Shown: positions 18,301 through 27,357, counted from the stretch's first letter. The stretch: 64,000 bases of DNA from an uncultured Brevinematales bacterium (GCA_964413265.1 CAYPRX010000073.1:88883-152882); one strand, 5' to 3'. A program made the numbers and translations. Notes: generated by a model not told the origin, from the letters alone.

Positions 18301-18937
18301 GAACCCCCATTACAAGAGGGCCGTCATTGCCCTCGGGGCGGAGTCTCATATCTATGCGGTATAAAAAGCCTTCACTGGATGAGGAACTTATGAAATTAAG
18401 GAGTGCTTTTAGGAAAGTATCAATATTGTGAGCCGTTATTTCATCAGAAAGGCTTTCATCTTTTCCGAGAAATATAAGATCTATGTCAGAACTGAAATTG
18501 AGTTCACCGCCTCCTAATTTGCCCATTCCTATTATCAGAAGATTGCTTTTAAGTATTTCATAGGTTAAGCCGTGTCTGTTATCGCTGGAACTGAAAAGGC
18601 TCTTGATTGAATAATCTATGCAGAAATCTGCAAGGTCGGAAATTTCCAATAGAGTTTCAGGAATGGTGTTTACATGCAGGAAATCCCTTAATGCAATTAG
18701 ACCGGTCTCCCTGTTTTTTATAATTCTGATTTGCAGAAAAAGATTTGATCTGTCAGTCGAGTCAGGATGAAAAGGATACTTGCCTTTATAGGAAATTCTT
18801 AATATGTGGCTTTTCCCCTTCCAATTGCTTATTATCTCTTCCATTTCAGCCCTTGTGCGTTTGTCTTTAACTATGAGTGTACTTAGATAAGGGCTGGAAA
18901 GAGCCAGTTCTTTGATGATTTCTTCTTGATTTGACAT
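15389..18937 (-). CDS. glnE: Bifunctional glutamine synthetase adenylyltransferase / adenylyl-removing enzyme, enlarged form
   Basis: Two GlnE-type nucleotidyltransferase cores are present: GMGKLGGGELNFSSDIDLIFL ... YRIDMRLRPEG, and GLGKLGGRELGYASDIEIMFVY ... IDLNLRPYG. It is 1182 aa, compared with about 946 aa in E. coli. Confidence 0.85.
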   Translation of the reverse strand: MSNQEEIIKELALSSPYLSTLIVKDKRTRAEMEEIISNWKGKSHILRISYKGKYPFHPDSTDRSNLFLQIRIIKNRETGLIALRDFLHVNTIPETLLEISDLADFCIDYSIKSLFSSSDNRHGLTYEILKSNLLIIGMGKLGGGELNFSSDIDLIFLGKDESLSDEITAHNIDTFLKALLNFISSSSSEGFLYRIDMRLRPEGNDGPLVMGVQNAIEYYGKRGRKWEHQAMIKKRLVWGNPDLYEEFSIQLDNIIYRHHEPQKIVYDIKRIKNEIEINIRRKNLISDIKHSPGGIRDIEFIIQFLQLIHGIRYPEIRTSNSLAALTALNTFHIITHEEYATLNNGYITLRKIENIIQLKNNTPEYSLPENEEDIENLFSSWKIEGFDRSSGNYGIFFKNKVLKIMSDVREIFTSLFDETIQYLELKDNLLKIHPDSDKNLLNDHFLRMDSEYFLRFTENDIYSHLEMISKLDLENPVELETSEIGQGKWKLTIVAFDYYYEFSKIAGLISSNYLKIISGESFTYSNYSPAPKGGPDAFYRRKEKRIYPYSPPDKSGVLINRRKIVCTLIVSRLEGSITGPDWKTFKNELTYILNLLENNRIRESEEFLNNKILVMISGFQYGDAPSVSPVDIDVDNESSSQYTILNICSRDSFAFLYTFTNVLALNDYYIFKIEIDTVDESVFDRIFILTRDGKKILEAVKIENLKIAVALIKQYSAFLQNAVDPNKALRHFDELLMKILESGGKKELPLLGQKEVQEKLAAVFGIGDYFWEDLIRFQFTDLLPILNDPTLELCFSADQLKDRFSNNYLKKRAPEKENLNAFSTLLNEWKDAEMFRIDLRQILKKTGMMEFSLELTDLAESVIELAFQKIDKEMQSLLHVKKAPPWEVFGLGKLGGRELGYASDIEIMFVYDDSNLSSDNKNIASYFEKFIQTFLRVVHSKSEGIFEIDLNLRPYGKSSMLPVSKSSFLEYFREGKAYYFEKQALVKLRPICGGNSPSLLIKDIISCRDRFVYGGGKPDISALLTLREKQIASNVRNPNLTNIKYSKGCLVDIEYLVQTLQIAYGKNEPSLMCESTVAGIEALLKTGIIKDETLRRLKESYLFFRNLINILRMAKGNAKDLNVYPETSMEFNYLVRRSYFIGIINEKSPSLLKNLIERYRNEVMAVFNDEIGKINSDISGYQ

Positions 18938-19085
18938 AACAGGATAGTATAGCCGTTGTTGAAATTTTTTTCAACCTAGGTGTTGCAATAAGCATCCGGT
19001 TGATCACAGATGCAATTCGATATCTTGAGTTTTTAATTCAGAATCAATATAATAATAGATTACTAAAGTTTTGTGAGGACGAAAA

Positions 19086-20180
19086 ATGACAGTTGTTTAT
19101 GCTCCTAAAAGCCCATATGGGGAAAAAGATATTTCAGGCTGCGGTATTATCGGTTTTATCAACAGGGATGGCAAGAAATCCACAGGCATTGAAGCGATAA
19201 AAGGTATAGAACATTTGAAGGAAAGAGGCAACAGCCTGGGCGGCGGATTTGCAGTTTACGGCCTTTACGATACATATAAGGACTATTATGCTCTGCATGT
19301 TATGTATGATGACATTGCATCTATGAAAAACGGTAAAGAATATATACAAAAAAATTTTGATGTTGTTTACGAAGACCAGATCCCCACAAGAAAAAATAAA
19401 ACAATCATCAACCCCCCTCTGTTTTACAGGTATTTTTGCAGGGTTTCGGATGCTCAGCTCGTCAATGTCAAAGAGGACGATTATGTCGTTTCAAAGGTTC
19501 TCTTTATTAATAAGAATATTGACGGGGTTTTTATCGTTTCGAGTGGAAAGAATATGGGAGCATTCAAGGGAGTCGGAGAGGCCCATGAAATCGGTGATTT
19601 CTTCAGGCTTGACGAATACCGGGCTCACACCTGGATTGCACACAGCAGATTTCCCACAAATACCCCCGGCTGGTGGGGAGGAGCACATCCATTCACAATT
19701 CTTGATTATTCAGTAGTTCATAACGGGGAGATATCTTCTTACGGCATTAACAGGAGATACCTTGAGAGTTTCGGGTACGAATGTACTATGCGTACTGACA
19801 CTGAAGTTGTTGCTTACGCAGTTGACCTGTTAAGAAGGAAGCATAATCTTTCCTGGGATAATATTGCAAAGGTTTTTGCAGCTCCTTTCTGGAAAGATAT
19901 TGATGCGATGGATGAAAAATCAAAATCTCTGTGCAGAGATATCAGGACAGTTTATGGAAGTCTTTTACTTAATGGCCCCTTTGCTTTTGTAATAGGCTTT
20001 GGCGGGGGATTTATGGCCCTTTCCGACAGGGTAAAACTGAGGCCGCTTGTAGCAGCGCAGAGCGGCAAGACCCTTTATGTTTCAAGTGAGGAGGGCGCCA
20101 TCAGGTGTATAGAAACGAATCTTAATAACATCTGGCACCCAAAAGCCGGAGAGCCTGTATTCGGGTATCTTGAAAATTGA
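19086..20180 (+). CDS. Class-II (Ntn) glutamine amidotransferase, glutamate-synthase domain-1-like, stand-alone
   Basis: The catalytic Cys context is SGCGIIGF, after an 18-aa leader. HSRFPTNTPGWWGGAHPF and VHNGEISSYGINRR match the GltS amidotransferase domain. No FMN or GXGXG domain gene is adjacent. Confidence 0.7.
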   Translation: MTVVYAPKSPYGEKDISGCGIIGFINRDGKKSTGIEAIKGIEHLKERGNSLGGGFAVYGLYDTYKDYYALHVMYDDIASMKNGKEYIQKNFDVVYEDQIPTRKNKTIINPPLFYRYFCRVSDAQLVNVKEDDYVVSKVLFINKNIDGVFIVSSGKNMGAFKGVGEAHEIGDFFRLDEYRAHTWIAHSRFPTNTPGWWGGAHPFTILDYSVVHNGEISSYGINRRYLESFGYECTMRTDTEVVAYAVDLLRRKHNLSWDNIAKVFAAPFWKDIDAMDEKSKSLCRDIRTVYGSLLLNGPFAFVIGFGGGFMALSDRVKLRPLVAAQSGKTLYVSSEEGAIRCIETNLNNIWHPKAGEPVFGYLEN

Positions 20181-20245
20181 GGCAACTTTATTAATTTAGA
20201 GCATAATCCATCCTTTTAAAATGAAAAGTATTCTTTAATAATGTG

Positions 20246-20275
20246 TTGACATATTGATACTATATGGTGTATAAT
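20246..20275 (+). promoter_or_regulatory. Candidate sigma-70 promoter of the TetR-efflux operon
   Basis: TTGACA (20246-20251), an 18-nt spacer, then TATAAT (20270-20275). It lies about 55 nt upstream of the TetR start. Confidence 0.5.
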
Positions 20276-20280
20276 TATAC
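20269..20280. promoter_or_regulatory. Perfect 12-bp palindrome GTATAATTATAC overlapping the -10 box (candidate TetR operator)
   Basis: The sequence is its own reverse complement. A second palindrome, GTATATAC, lies at 20299-20306. Confidence 0.35.
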
Positions 20281-20331
20281 TAAGAGTTAAAACTCTGGGT
20301 ATATACTATAAATTTAAACCAGGGGTAAAGT

Positions 20332-20940
20332 ATGAATAAGAGGCATGATTCGGGTGATACGAAGGAGAATATACTCATTGCCGCCAGGGATATACTTATC
20401 AGGAAGGGTTATGACGGAACTAAAATGGAGGATATCGCCAAAAAAGCCGGCGTCAGCAAGATCATGCTGTATTACCATTTTAAAAGTAAGGAAAATATAC
20501 TGAAGGAGCTTATCGGCAGAATGATAGATGCCACCAGAAAGAATATTTCAGGGTATCTGGAAGGCATGAAAAATCAGAAAACAATAAAGCCGGAAATGAT
20601 CCTTGAAAAATTAAAAAAGGTGATAGGAAAAGAAACTCCTCTTATACGTATAATTATTTCGGAAGTGCTGAGGGGAAAACTGGATTACTGGATAGCATTA
20701 TCTCTTTTAAGGGATTTGTATGATGACCTTTACAATATGCGAAGAAAAGCGGGGATTTCTCTTGAGGACAGGGAATCATGTATTACAAAATTGTTCTTTT
20801 TCCAGGGTCTGCCTCTGATTATGTATTTCTGTACATCTGAATATTTTGGGAAGGTTTACGGAATCGAGGCTGAAAAAATGGAAACAGCATTTTCAGAAAA
20901 ATTTGCTGACAGCCTTTTAAGAACACTTGATCTTAATTGA
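20332..20940 (+). CDS. TetR/AcrR family transcriptional regulator
   Basis: The N-terminal HTH signature is KENILIAARDILIRKGYDGTKMEDIAKKAGVSKIMLYYHFKSKENIL. Confidence 0.85.
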   Translation: MNKRHDSGDTKENILIAARDILIRKGYDGTKMEDIAKKAGVSKIMLYYHFKSKENILKELIGRMIDATRKNISGYLEGMKNQKTIKPEMILEKLKKVIGKETPLIRIIISEVLRGKLDYWIALSLLRDLYDDLYNMRRKAGISLEDRESCITKLFFFQGLPLIMYFCTSEYFGKVYGIEAEKMETAFSEKFADSLLRTLDLN

Positions 20941-20955
20941 ACAGTGGAGGTTTAA

Positions 20956-21780
20956 ATGAAGACAAAAGCTATTATACCATTAGCGGTTATTGTCTTGATA
21001 CTTACTGCAACAACTTTGTATTTTGAGGTATTTAGAAATTTTAATAAAAATGCTGGAATTATCGAGGGGTCGGGAACAATAGAGGTGACTGAGATAGATA
21101 TTAGTTCGACGATATCCGGCAGGATCGCTGAACTGCCGGTCGAAGAAGGAATGGAGGTCAAAAGTGGGCAGCTGCTTGTAAAGCTTGTTTACGATGAGCT
21201 TGCAGCGGAAAGGAATTCAGCCAGAGCCAGCTTTGAAAATGCGGATTTGAACCTCAAGAGGGTAAGGGATCTATTCAATGCAGGTTCGGCCACTAAAAAA
21301 GAGCTTGATGATGCAGAGGCAGCGTACAGGGTATCGAAAGCGGCCCTTGATCAGATTGCTGCAGACATAGAAAACGCAGTAATTTATGCTCCGATTGACG
21401 GGACAATTCTTGTGAAGAACCTTGAAGTTGGAGAAACAGCTTTCCCGGGTTCATCTATTTTAACTATGGCAGATATCAAACATGTATATATAAAGATATA
21501 TGTGGATGAAAAAAAACTCGGATTTGTAAAAGTTGGCATGAAAGCCTCCATTCATATTGACAGTTATCCCGGAAGGGATTTTAATGGTATTGTTTCAACA
21601 ATTTCTGAGGAAGCTGAGTTTACACCAAAAACAATACAAACAAAGGATGAAAGAGTGAAATTGATGTTTGCAGTAAAGATAAACCTTGACAACCCCGATG
21701 AAGCCCTTAAACCAGGAATGCCTGCAGATGCAATTATTTATTTGGATGGCAGTTATGATCGAGGTAAAAAATCTCAGTAA
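20956..21780 (+). CDS. HlyD-family membrane fusion (periplasmic adaptor) protein
   Basis: It has an N-terminal TM anchor, a lipoyl-like segment (VTEIDISSTISGRIAELPVEEGMEVKSGQLL), a coiled-coil hairpin and a beta-barrel segment (IYAPIDGTILVKNLEVGE). Confidence 0.8.
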   Translation: MKTKAIIPLAVIVLILTATTLYFEVFRNFNKNAGIIEGSGTIEVTEIDISSTISGRIAELPVEEGMEVKSGQLLVKLVYDELAAERNSARASFENADLNLKRVRDLFNAGSATKKELDDAEAAYRVSKAALDQIAADIENAVIYAPIDGTILVKNLEVGETAFPGSSILTMADIKHVYIKIYVDEKKLGFVKVGMKASIHIDSYPGRDFNGIVSTISEEAEFTPKTIQTKDERVKLMFAVKINLDNPDEALKPGMPADAIIYLDGSYDRGKKSQ

Positions 21781-22675
21781 GTCTTTCAGGAAGGAACCGG
21801 CATTGAGTGATATCTCTTTCCTTATTGGGAAGGGAGAGATTTTCGGAATCGTGGGACCTGACGGAGCCGGCAAAAGTACTCTTCTGCGGATACTGGCTGG
21901 TATTCTCCAGCCGGGATCAGGAACTGTCTTCATTGATGGCATCGATTTGTTTAAAAATCTGTATCTAATAAAAGACGGGCTTGCATATATGCCGCAAAAG
22001 TTCGGCCTGTATGAAGACCTTACTGTTGATGAGAATATTTTCTTTTTTGGCAATCTCTTTGGACTATCGAATAAAGAGATAAGGAAGAATTTAGTGACCC
22101 TTTATTCCTTCAGCCGCCTGGAGCCTTTTAAAAACAGACTGGCAGGAAAACTTTCCGGGGGGATGAAGCAAAAATTAGGTCTTGCATGCTGTCTTGTTCA
22201 TAATCCGGATATCCTGCTTCTTGACGAACCAACCAACGGCGTGGACCCGGTATCACGCAGGGAATTCTGGAAAATACTCTACGATCTCCTGAGTGAGGGT
22301 AAAACTATAGTTATCAGTACCGCTTACCTTGATGAGGCTGAACGATGCAATAGAATCGCCCTGATGCATAAAAGCAGAATAATAGCTCTCGGTACACCTG
22401 AAGAGATAAAGGATTTGATTCCTGATAAATTTCTGGAGATAACAACATCGGATTCAAGAAAGGCTGAAAGAATATTGAAAAACTATAATGAATTCAAATC
22501 CATTATACTTACAGGGGCAACGTTGAGGTTATTCATTCGTGAAAAGGGTAATTCAAAGGAAAATTTAAAAAAAATCATCGAAAAGGAAGGGTTAAAGGTA
22601 ATTTCCATGCGTGAAAACATTCCCGGTTTGGAGGATTGTTTTGTAGAGATTCTCGCTTTAAGGGACACGAATTGA
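21755..22675 (+). CDS. ABC transporter ATP-binding protein (ABC-2 subfamily)
   Basis: Walker A GPDGAGKST, signature LSGGMKQK and Walker B LLLDEPTNGVD. The likely start is MIEVKNLSKSF at 21755, overlapping the adaptor gene. The track start at 21686 is probably too long. Confidence 0.9.
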   Translation: MIEVKNLSKSFRKEPALSDISFLIGKGEIFGIVGPDGAGKSTLLRILAGILQPGSGTVFIDGIDLFKNLYLIKDGLAYMPQKFGLYEDLTVDENIFFFGNLFGLSNKEIRKNLVTLYSFSRLEPFKNRLAGKLSGGMKQKLGLACCLVHNPDILLLDEPTNGVDPVSRREFWKILYDLLSEGKTIVISTAYLDEAERCNRIALMHKSRIIALGTPEEIKDLIPDKFLEITTSDSRKAERILKNYNEFKSIILTGATLRLFIREKGNSKENLKKIIEKEGLKVISMRENIPGLEDCFVEILALRDTN

Positions 22676-23826
22676 AACCATTTATCTATTCCATCCGCAG
22701 AATAAAGGCTGTAGCAGGCAAAGAATGGATACAGATAAGAAGGGACCTCCGCAGTATGGTGCTCTCCCTCGGCCTTCCTGTATTTCTTATTCTGCTTTTC
22801 GGTTATGCACTGTCCATGGACGTCAAGCATGTGAGTTTTGCTATATTCGATCAGGATAAAACAGCCTTTTCAAGGAATTTTCTTGAAAATTTTTTTCATT
22901 CAGAGTATCTTTCACCTTACAAGTACATCTCAAATTATAAGGAAATAGACCAGCTAATAAACAATGGAACTATAGTTATGGCTATAGTTATTCCTGAAAA
23001 CTTTGAACAAAAGTATAAAACAGGAAAGAATGCAGATATCCAGGTCATTGTAGACGGTTCGGATTCGACATCGGCGACCGTTGCTTTAGGCTATGTTAAC
23101 AATATCCTTTTTGAATTTAACAGTAAAAACAAGGTCAGTGAAATGAACAGGTACGGCCTTTCCTTCCTATCCATGCCTATCGACGTCAGGACGAGGATCT
23201 GGTATAACTCTGAGCTGAAAAGCAGGAATTACATAGTACCGGGTATCATAGTGATCATTATGGCGATAATATCTGCTCTGATTACCAGTCTTACAATTTC
23301 CAGGGAATGGGAAAGGGGAACAATGGAAAGCCTGATCACGACTCCATTAAGGAGGCATGAAATATTTCTTGGTAAGCTGTTTCCTTATGTGTTCATTGCA
23401 TTTTTCGACCTGATCGTTGCAGTGTGCATAGGTTATTTTGTATTCCAGGCTCCTATCAGAGGAAGTTTTATTGAGTTATATCTTGTTGCTCTTCTTTTTC
23501 TGATAGGCGCTTCAAGCCTTGGAATTTTTATTTCCTCGGCAACGAAATCCCAGGTTCTTTCAGTACAGGTTTCAGTAATATTAACATACCTTCCATCTTT
23601 AATATTGTCGGGATACATATATCCGATTAAAAATATGCCCATTTTTGTCCAGTTAGTAACATACCTGATCCCCGCTAAATATCTTATTATTTATATGAAG
23701 GGAATAGCTCTGAAGGGTATCGGATATGTCCTTATGTGGGAGCAGATTCTTTTTCTTTTTATATTTGCTTTAGTTATCAGTTTTATAAGTCTGAGAAACA
23801 TAGTAATGAAATTGCCGGAGGAATAA
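22672..23826 (+). CDS. ABC-2 type transporter permease
   Basis: It is a polytopic membrane protein with a large first loop and six C-terminal TM helices, typical of YbhS/YbhR-like ABC-2 permeases. The TTG start overlaps the ATPase stop (TTGA). Confidence 0.8.
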   Translation: MKPFIYSIRRIKAVAGKEWIQIRRDLRSMVLSLGLPVFLILLFGYALSMDVKHVSFAIFDQDKTAFSRNFLENFFHSEYLSPYKYISNYKEIDQLINNGTIVMAIVIPENFEQKYKTGKNADIQVIVDGSDSTSATVALGYVNNILFEFNSKNKVSEMNRYGLSFLSMPIDVRTRIWYNSELKSRNYIVPGIIVIIMAIISALITSLTISREWERGTMESLITTPLRRHEIFLGKLFPYVFIAFFDLIVAVCIGYFVFQAPIRGSFIELYLVALLFLIGASSLGIFISSATKSQVLSVQVSVILTYLPSLILSGYIYPIKNMPIFVQLVTYLIPAKYLIIYMKGIALKGIGYVLMWEQILFLFIFALVISFISLRNIVMKLPEE

Positions 23827-23833
23827 CATCCAT

Positions 23834-24985
23834 ATGCACCCTTTGGCTTCTCTCGAAGCATTTTTAATAAAAGAATTCAAGCAAATGTTCAGGGATCCCC
23901 GTATGAGGCTTGTGATATTTGCCGCTCCCGTAATAATGCTGCTGATACTGGGATACGCCGTCAACACCGATGTTAAAGATGTAAAAATGACTGTCTTTGA
24001 CGAGGATAGAACCCGTCTGAGCAGGGAGCTTCTTGAAAAATTTACAGGCTCCGGATATTTTTTTGTTTTTAACAGCCTCCATTCCCAGTCTGAACTGGAT
24101 AAGGTGATGAACAGGGGAGATGCAGAGGTTTATATCCATATCGGAAAAGATTTTTCTAAAAAGATCAAGGCCGGTAAAAATTCAATCATCCAGATAATTG
24201 TGGACGGGACAGATTCCAGCAGGGCTGCAGTTATTGTTTCATACGTGGATCAGATAACGACCTTGTATTCTCTAGATTATTTAAACAAAAGGGTAAGACT
24301 TTTTATATTGAACAGAGGAATAAAAGGTGTGAAATTCAGGCAAAACATAGAGATGAAACAGAGAGTATTTTTTAATCCCGATCTGTCGAGCAGGAACTTT
24401 TTTCTTCCTGTTGTACTGGGCCTTGTGGTTTCTTTGATTACAATAGTGCTGACCTCAATGTCCATAGTAAAAGAAAGGGAAACAGGCACTATTGACCAGC
24501 TTATTGTATCCCCAATCCGGCCTTTCCAGCTGATAGCCGGAAAAACTGTACCGTTTATTATAGTAAGTTTCTTTGATGTTATAATTGTAACTCTTATCAC
24601 AATATTCTGGTTCAATGTGCCTTTTAAAGGCGATTTCTTCTTCCTTTTTTTTGCCTGTCTTTTATATATAATTTCAACTGTCTCGATAGGGCTCTACATC
24701 TCAACCATCTCAAAAAGCCAGCAGGAGGCGCTTCTTTCCACATTTCTTTATTTTATTCCGTCACTTCTTTTTTCCGGTTTTATCTTCCCGATATACGCCA
24801 TGCCCCAGGAGATTCAATTAATAACTTATATAAATCCTATGGCTTATTTCGTAAGAATAATACGGGGGGTTTTTCTCAGAGGAACGTCTTTCATCGAGTT
24901 ATGGAAAGAAATGCTTATGCTACTTTTTATTGGCGGCATTTTATTTTATCTTAGCACCGGAAGATTCAGAAGGAGGCTTGAATAA
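23834..24985 (+). CDS. ABC-2 type transporter permease (paralogue)
   Basis: It is a paralogue of the previous ORF, for example RNYIVPGIIVIIM vs RNFFLPVVLGLVV, and ERERGTME vs ERETGTID. Confidence 0.8.
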   Translation: MHPLASLEAFLIKEFKQMFRDPRMRLVIFAAPVIMLLILGYAVNTDVKDVKMTVFDEDRTRLSRELLEKFTGSGYFFVFNSLHSQSELDKVMNRGDAEVYIHIGKDFSKKIKAGKNSIIQIIVDGTDSSRAAVIVSYVDQITTLYSLDYLNKRVRLFILNRGIKGVKFRQNIEMKQRVFFNPDLSSRNFFLPVVLGLVVSLITIVLTSMSIVKERETGTIDQLIVSPIRPFQLIAGKTVPFIIVSFFDVIIVTLITIFWFNVPFKGDFFFLFFACLLYIISTVSIGLYISTISKSQQEALLSTFLYFIPSLLFSGFIFPIYAMPQEIQLITYINPMAYFVRIIRGVFLRGTSFIELWKEMLMLLFIGGILFYLSTGRFRRRLE

Positions 24986-25914
24986 TGGATGCGGCAGTCA
25001 CAGTGCTTGATCTCACGAAAAGATTCGATCGTTTTACTGCGGTAGATAAAATCAGCTTCAATGTTAATAAAGGAGAAATTTTCGGGTTTCTTGGCCCTAA
25101 CGGGGCAGGGAAGAGTACCACGATAAAAATGCTTTGTGGTATAATTGCTCCAAGCTGCGGTTCAGGTTATGTCAACGGATTTGATATTGTGAAAGAACAG
25201 TATAATATTAAAAGAAGTATCGGTTATATGTCTCAGAAATTTTCAATGTATGATGATCTGACAGTTGTCGAGAACCTGGAATTTTTTGGTTCTATATACG
25301 GTTTGCCAGGAAATTTATTGAATACCAGGATTGAGCAAATCGTAGGAATGATGGAAATGACTGAAATGAAAAAGAAGATGATGAGAGACCTTCCTCTGGG
25401 AATAAAACAGCGGCTTGCCCTGGGAGGGGCAATAATTCATAATCCCGGGATATTGTTTCTCGATGAGCCGACATCCGGCGTTGATCCTATAATGAGGAGG
25501 AATTTCTGGGACCTTATCTATTCTTTTGCCGAAGAAGGAAAAACCATCTTTGTTACTACACATTACATGGATGAAGCTGAACATTGCGACAGGATAGCCC
25601 TGATACTGGGAGGGAAGATAATCGCTCTGGATTCTCCGGAAGGACTGAAATCGTCTTTAAACTTTGATGTTTATAGAATTAAAACTGAAAACCTGATAGA
25701 AACTTTTAATGTTCTTTCATCAATGGACTTTATTAAAGAGGCAGCAATATTCGGGGCCGATATTCATATTCTTTGTGACAAGGGCGAAAGAGTCATTCCA
25801 AAACTGGATAAGATCTTTAAAGAAAAAAATTATAACGGATATAGTATTGATAAAATATATCCGTCTTTGGAAGATGTATTCGTTACCAGTGTTGGAAAGG
25901 CTGGTCTTATATAA
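24985..25914 (+). CDS. ABC transporter ATP-binding protein (second NBD of the system)
   Basis: Walker A GPNGAGKST, signature PLGIKQR (degenerate LSGGQ), Walker B LFLDEPTSGVD and H-loop TTHYMDE. The start overlaps the previous stop (ATAATG). Confidence 0.9.
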   Translation: MDAAVTVLDLTKRFDRFTAVDKISFNVNKGEIFGFLGPNGAGKSTTIKMLCGIIAPSCGSGYVNGFDIVKEQYNIKRSIGYMSQKFSMYDDLTVVENLEFFGSIYGLPGNLLNTRIEQIVGMMEMTEMKKKMMRDLPLGIKQRLALGGAIIHNPGILFLDEPTSGVDPIMRRNFWDLIYSFAEEGKTIFVTTHYMDEAEHCDRIALILGGKIIALDSPEGLKSSLNFDVYRIKTENLIETFNVLSSMDFIKEAAIFGADIHILCDKGERVIPKLDKIFKEKNYNGYSIDKIYPSLEDVFVTSVGKAGLI

Positions 25915-26542
25915 GGGCAAAGGCGTTCTTTATATCGGTTTCCAGTTCTGAAAGTAGATTCGGATTGCGCAGGACTGCAGCCGGATGAAAAGTCGGCATC
26001 ACATTATAACCTAAAGGTGAAGTTTTCATGATCCCCCTCAGTTTTGTAATACCTTCATCTGATGAGAGAATGAATTTTGAAGAAAAATTTCCAAGTGCGA
26101 CTATTATTTTTGGTTTTATAATGTATAATTGTTCTATCAGATAAGGAGAACATGCCTCGATTTCATCCGGCAGAGGATTTCTATTTTCCGGCGGTCTATG
26201 TTTTAAAATATTGCAGATATAAACATCGTTTCTTGTATAACCTAAGTTTTCAATCGTTGCGGTGAGGAGTCTTCCAGCTCTTCCAACAAATGGCTTTCCC
26301 TGTTCATCTTCATCAGCTCCTGGGGCTTCTCCGACAAAAACAATGGAAGAATTGGGATTTCCATCATAAAAAACAAGATTTTTTGCCGTCTTATAAAGCC
26401 TGCATCTTTTACATTCAAAGCAGGTATTTTCAAGTTCCTTTAGCTTTAAGGCTTTTTCACCAGCCGGACTGCTGTTCAAGCCATCTATCCATTCCTCTTT
26501 TAGCAGGGCATCAATATGAAATATTAATTCATCTCTATTCAT
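25907..26542 (-). CDS. udg: Uracil-DNA glycosylase, family 4
   Basis: Motif A GEAPGADEDEQGKPFVGRAG, motif B HPAAVLRNP and an Fe-S-type Cys cluster CFECKRCRL. Confidence 0.85.
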   Translation of the reverse strand: MNRDELIFHIDALLKEEWIDGLNSSPAGEKALKLKELENTCFECKRCRLYKTAKNLVFYDGNPNSSIVFVGEAPGADEDEQGKPFVGRAGRLLTATIENLGYTRNDVYICNILKHRPPENRNPLPDEIEACSPYLIEQLYIIKPKIIVALGNFSSKFILSSDEGITKLRGIMKTSPLGYNVMPTFHPAAVLRNPNLLSELETDIKNAFALI

Positions 26543-27132
26543 TTTAATTCCTGCTTAAAGATAATCTTCTTTAGACCGTTAATAGCATTCCTCCTGTGTG
26601 AAATTGAGTTTTTCAGATTCTCCGGAATTTCAGCCATAGTTTTTCTATAACCCAGACTCTTTATTAAAAAAATAGGATCATAACCAAAACCGTTGGTCCC
26701 GCGTATAGAATTACTTATTCTGCCAGTGCAATAGCCTTCGTAGCTGTATATGAAGCCGCTCGGCGATATAAGAACCATGCAGCAGACAAACCTTGCTTTT
26801 CTCTTTTTCACTGGAATTCCAGACATTTCAAGCAGAATCCCGGAAACACCTCCACTGTACCTTGCAGAAAGAACGCCGGGTCTGCCGCCAAGCGCATCTA
26901 TTTCAAGACCTGAATCGTCCGCCAGGATAAAAGCGTCTGGATAAATGTTTTTATAAAGATTTCTTATCCATGACGCTTTCAGCAGGGCATTTTCATAGAA
27001 AGTACTGCCTCTTTCAGGGATTTCCTCGTTGAATTCGATATCAGATAGTGAAATGATGTCAGCAGGATATAGAATTTCTTTTATTTCCTTAATCTTTCCG
27101 GGGTTACGGGTAGCAGCAATAATCCTGATCAT
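26539..27132 (-). CDS. rdgB: Non-canonical purine NTP pyrophosphatase (RdgB/HAM1)
   Basis: IIAATRNPGKIKEIKEIL, DDSGLEIDALGGRPGVLSARY and GFGYDPIF. It overlaps udg by 4 nt. Confidence 0.85.
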   Translation of the reverse strand: MIRIIAATRNPGKIKEIKEILYPADIISLSDIEFNEEIPERGSTFYENALLKASWIRNLYKNIYPDAFILADDSGLEIDALGGRPGVLSARYSGGVSGILLEMSGIPVKKRKARFVCCMVLISPSGFIYSYEGYCTGRISNSIRGTNGFGYDPIFLIKSLGYRKTMAEIPENLKNSISHRRNAINGLKKIIFKQELK

Positions 27133-27357
27133 ATCTCTAAACCTGCCGTATCAGCATAAAACTTTATTTTTTTTTATAATCTCTTAAAATATTATGTCAT
27201 GAAAAATTGAATTCTGCAATGCAAAAGAACTTCCGGTTCAATAAACTGCCTCTCTGGCTTATTAATATTATATAAAAAGCCGATAAGGAATTAGGAGTCA
27301 AGATTACTCAAATAAACTCATCCTAATCTTGTTTATTTTTTATTACGAGGGGTTTAT

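Noticed and set aside
18979-18999. A sigma-54-like GG...GC element lies in the glnE/amidotransferase intergenic region (AGGTGTTGCAATAAGCA on plus, CCGGATGCTTATTGCA on minus).
   Set aside because: On either strand the GG-to-GC spacing is off by one nucleotide from the invariant -24/-12 geometry. That normally abolishes sigma-54 promoter function.
27279-27286. An exact GCCGATAA (sigma-28/FliA -10 consensus) lies about 72 nt upstream of the DUF1015 gene. It hinted at a flagellar-class promoter for the DUF1015-lipoprotein-panD-flaA region.
   Set aside because: No acceptable TAAA -35 element lies at the required 15-16 nt spacing. The same octamer also occurs at 45954-45961 (plus strand) and, as TTATCGGC, near 15339-15346 (minus-strand sense). 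Neither site can serve a gene, so the frequency is consistent with chance.
27290-27345. Alternative hairpins occur in the DUF1015 5' region. ATTAGGA...TCCTAAT and CAAGATTA...TAATCTTG share the right arm and are followed by a T-rich run, which suggests an attenuator or riboswitch.
   Set aside because: The stems are short (7-8 bp) and AT-rich, with large loops. They resemble no known riboswitch class. In sequence this AT-rich, such pairings are expected by chance.
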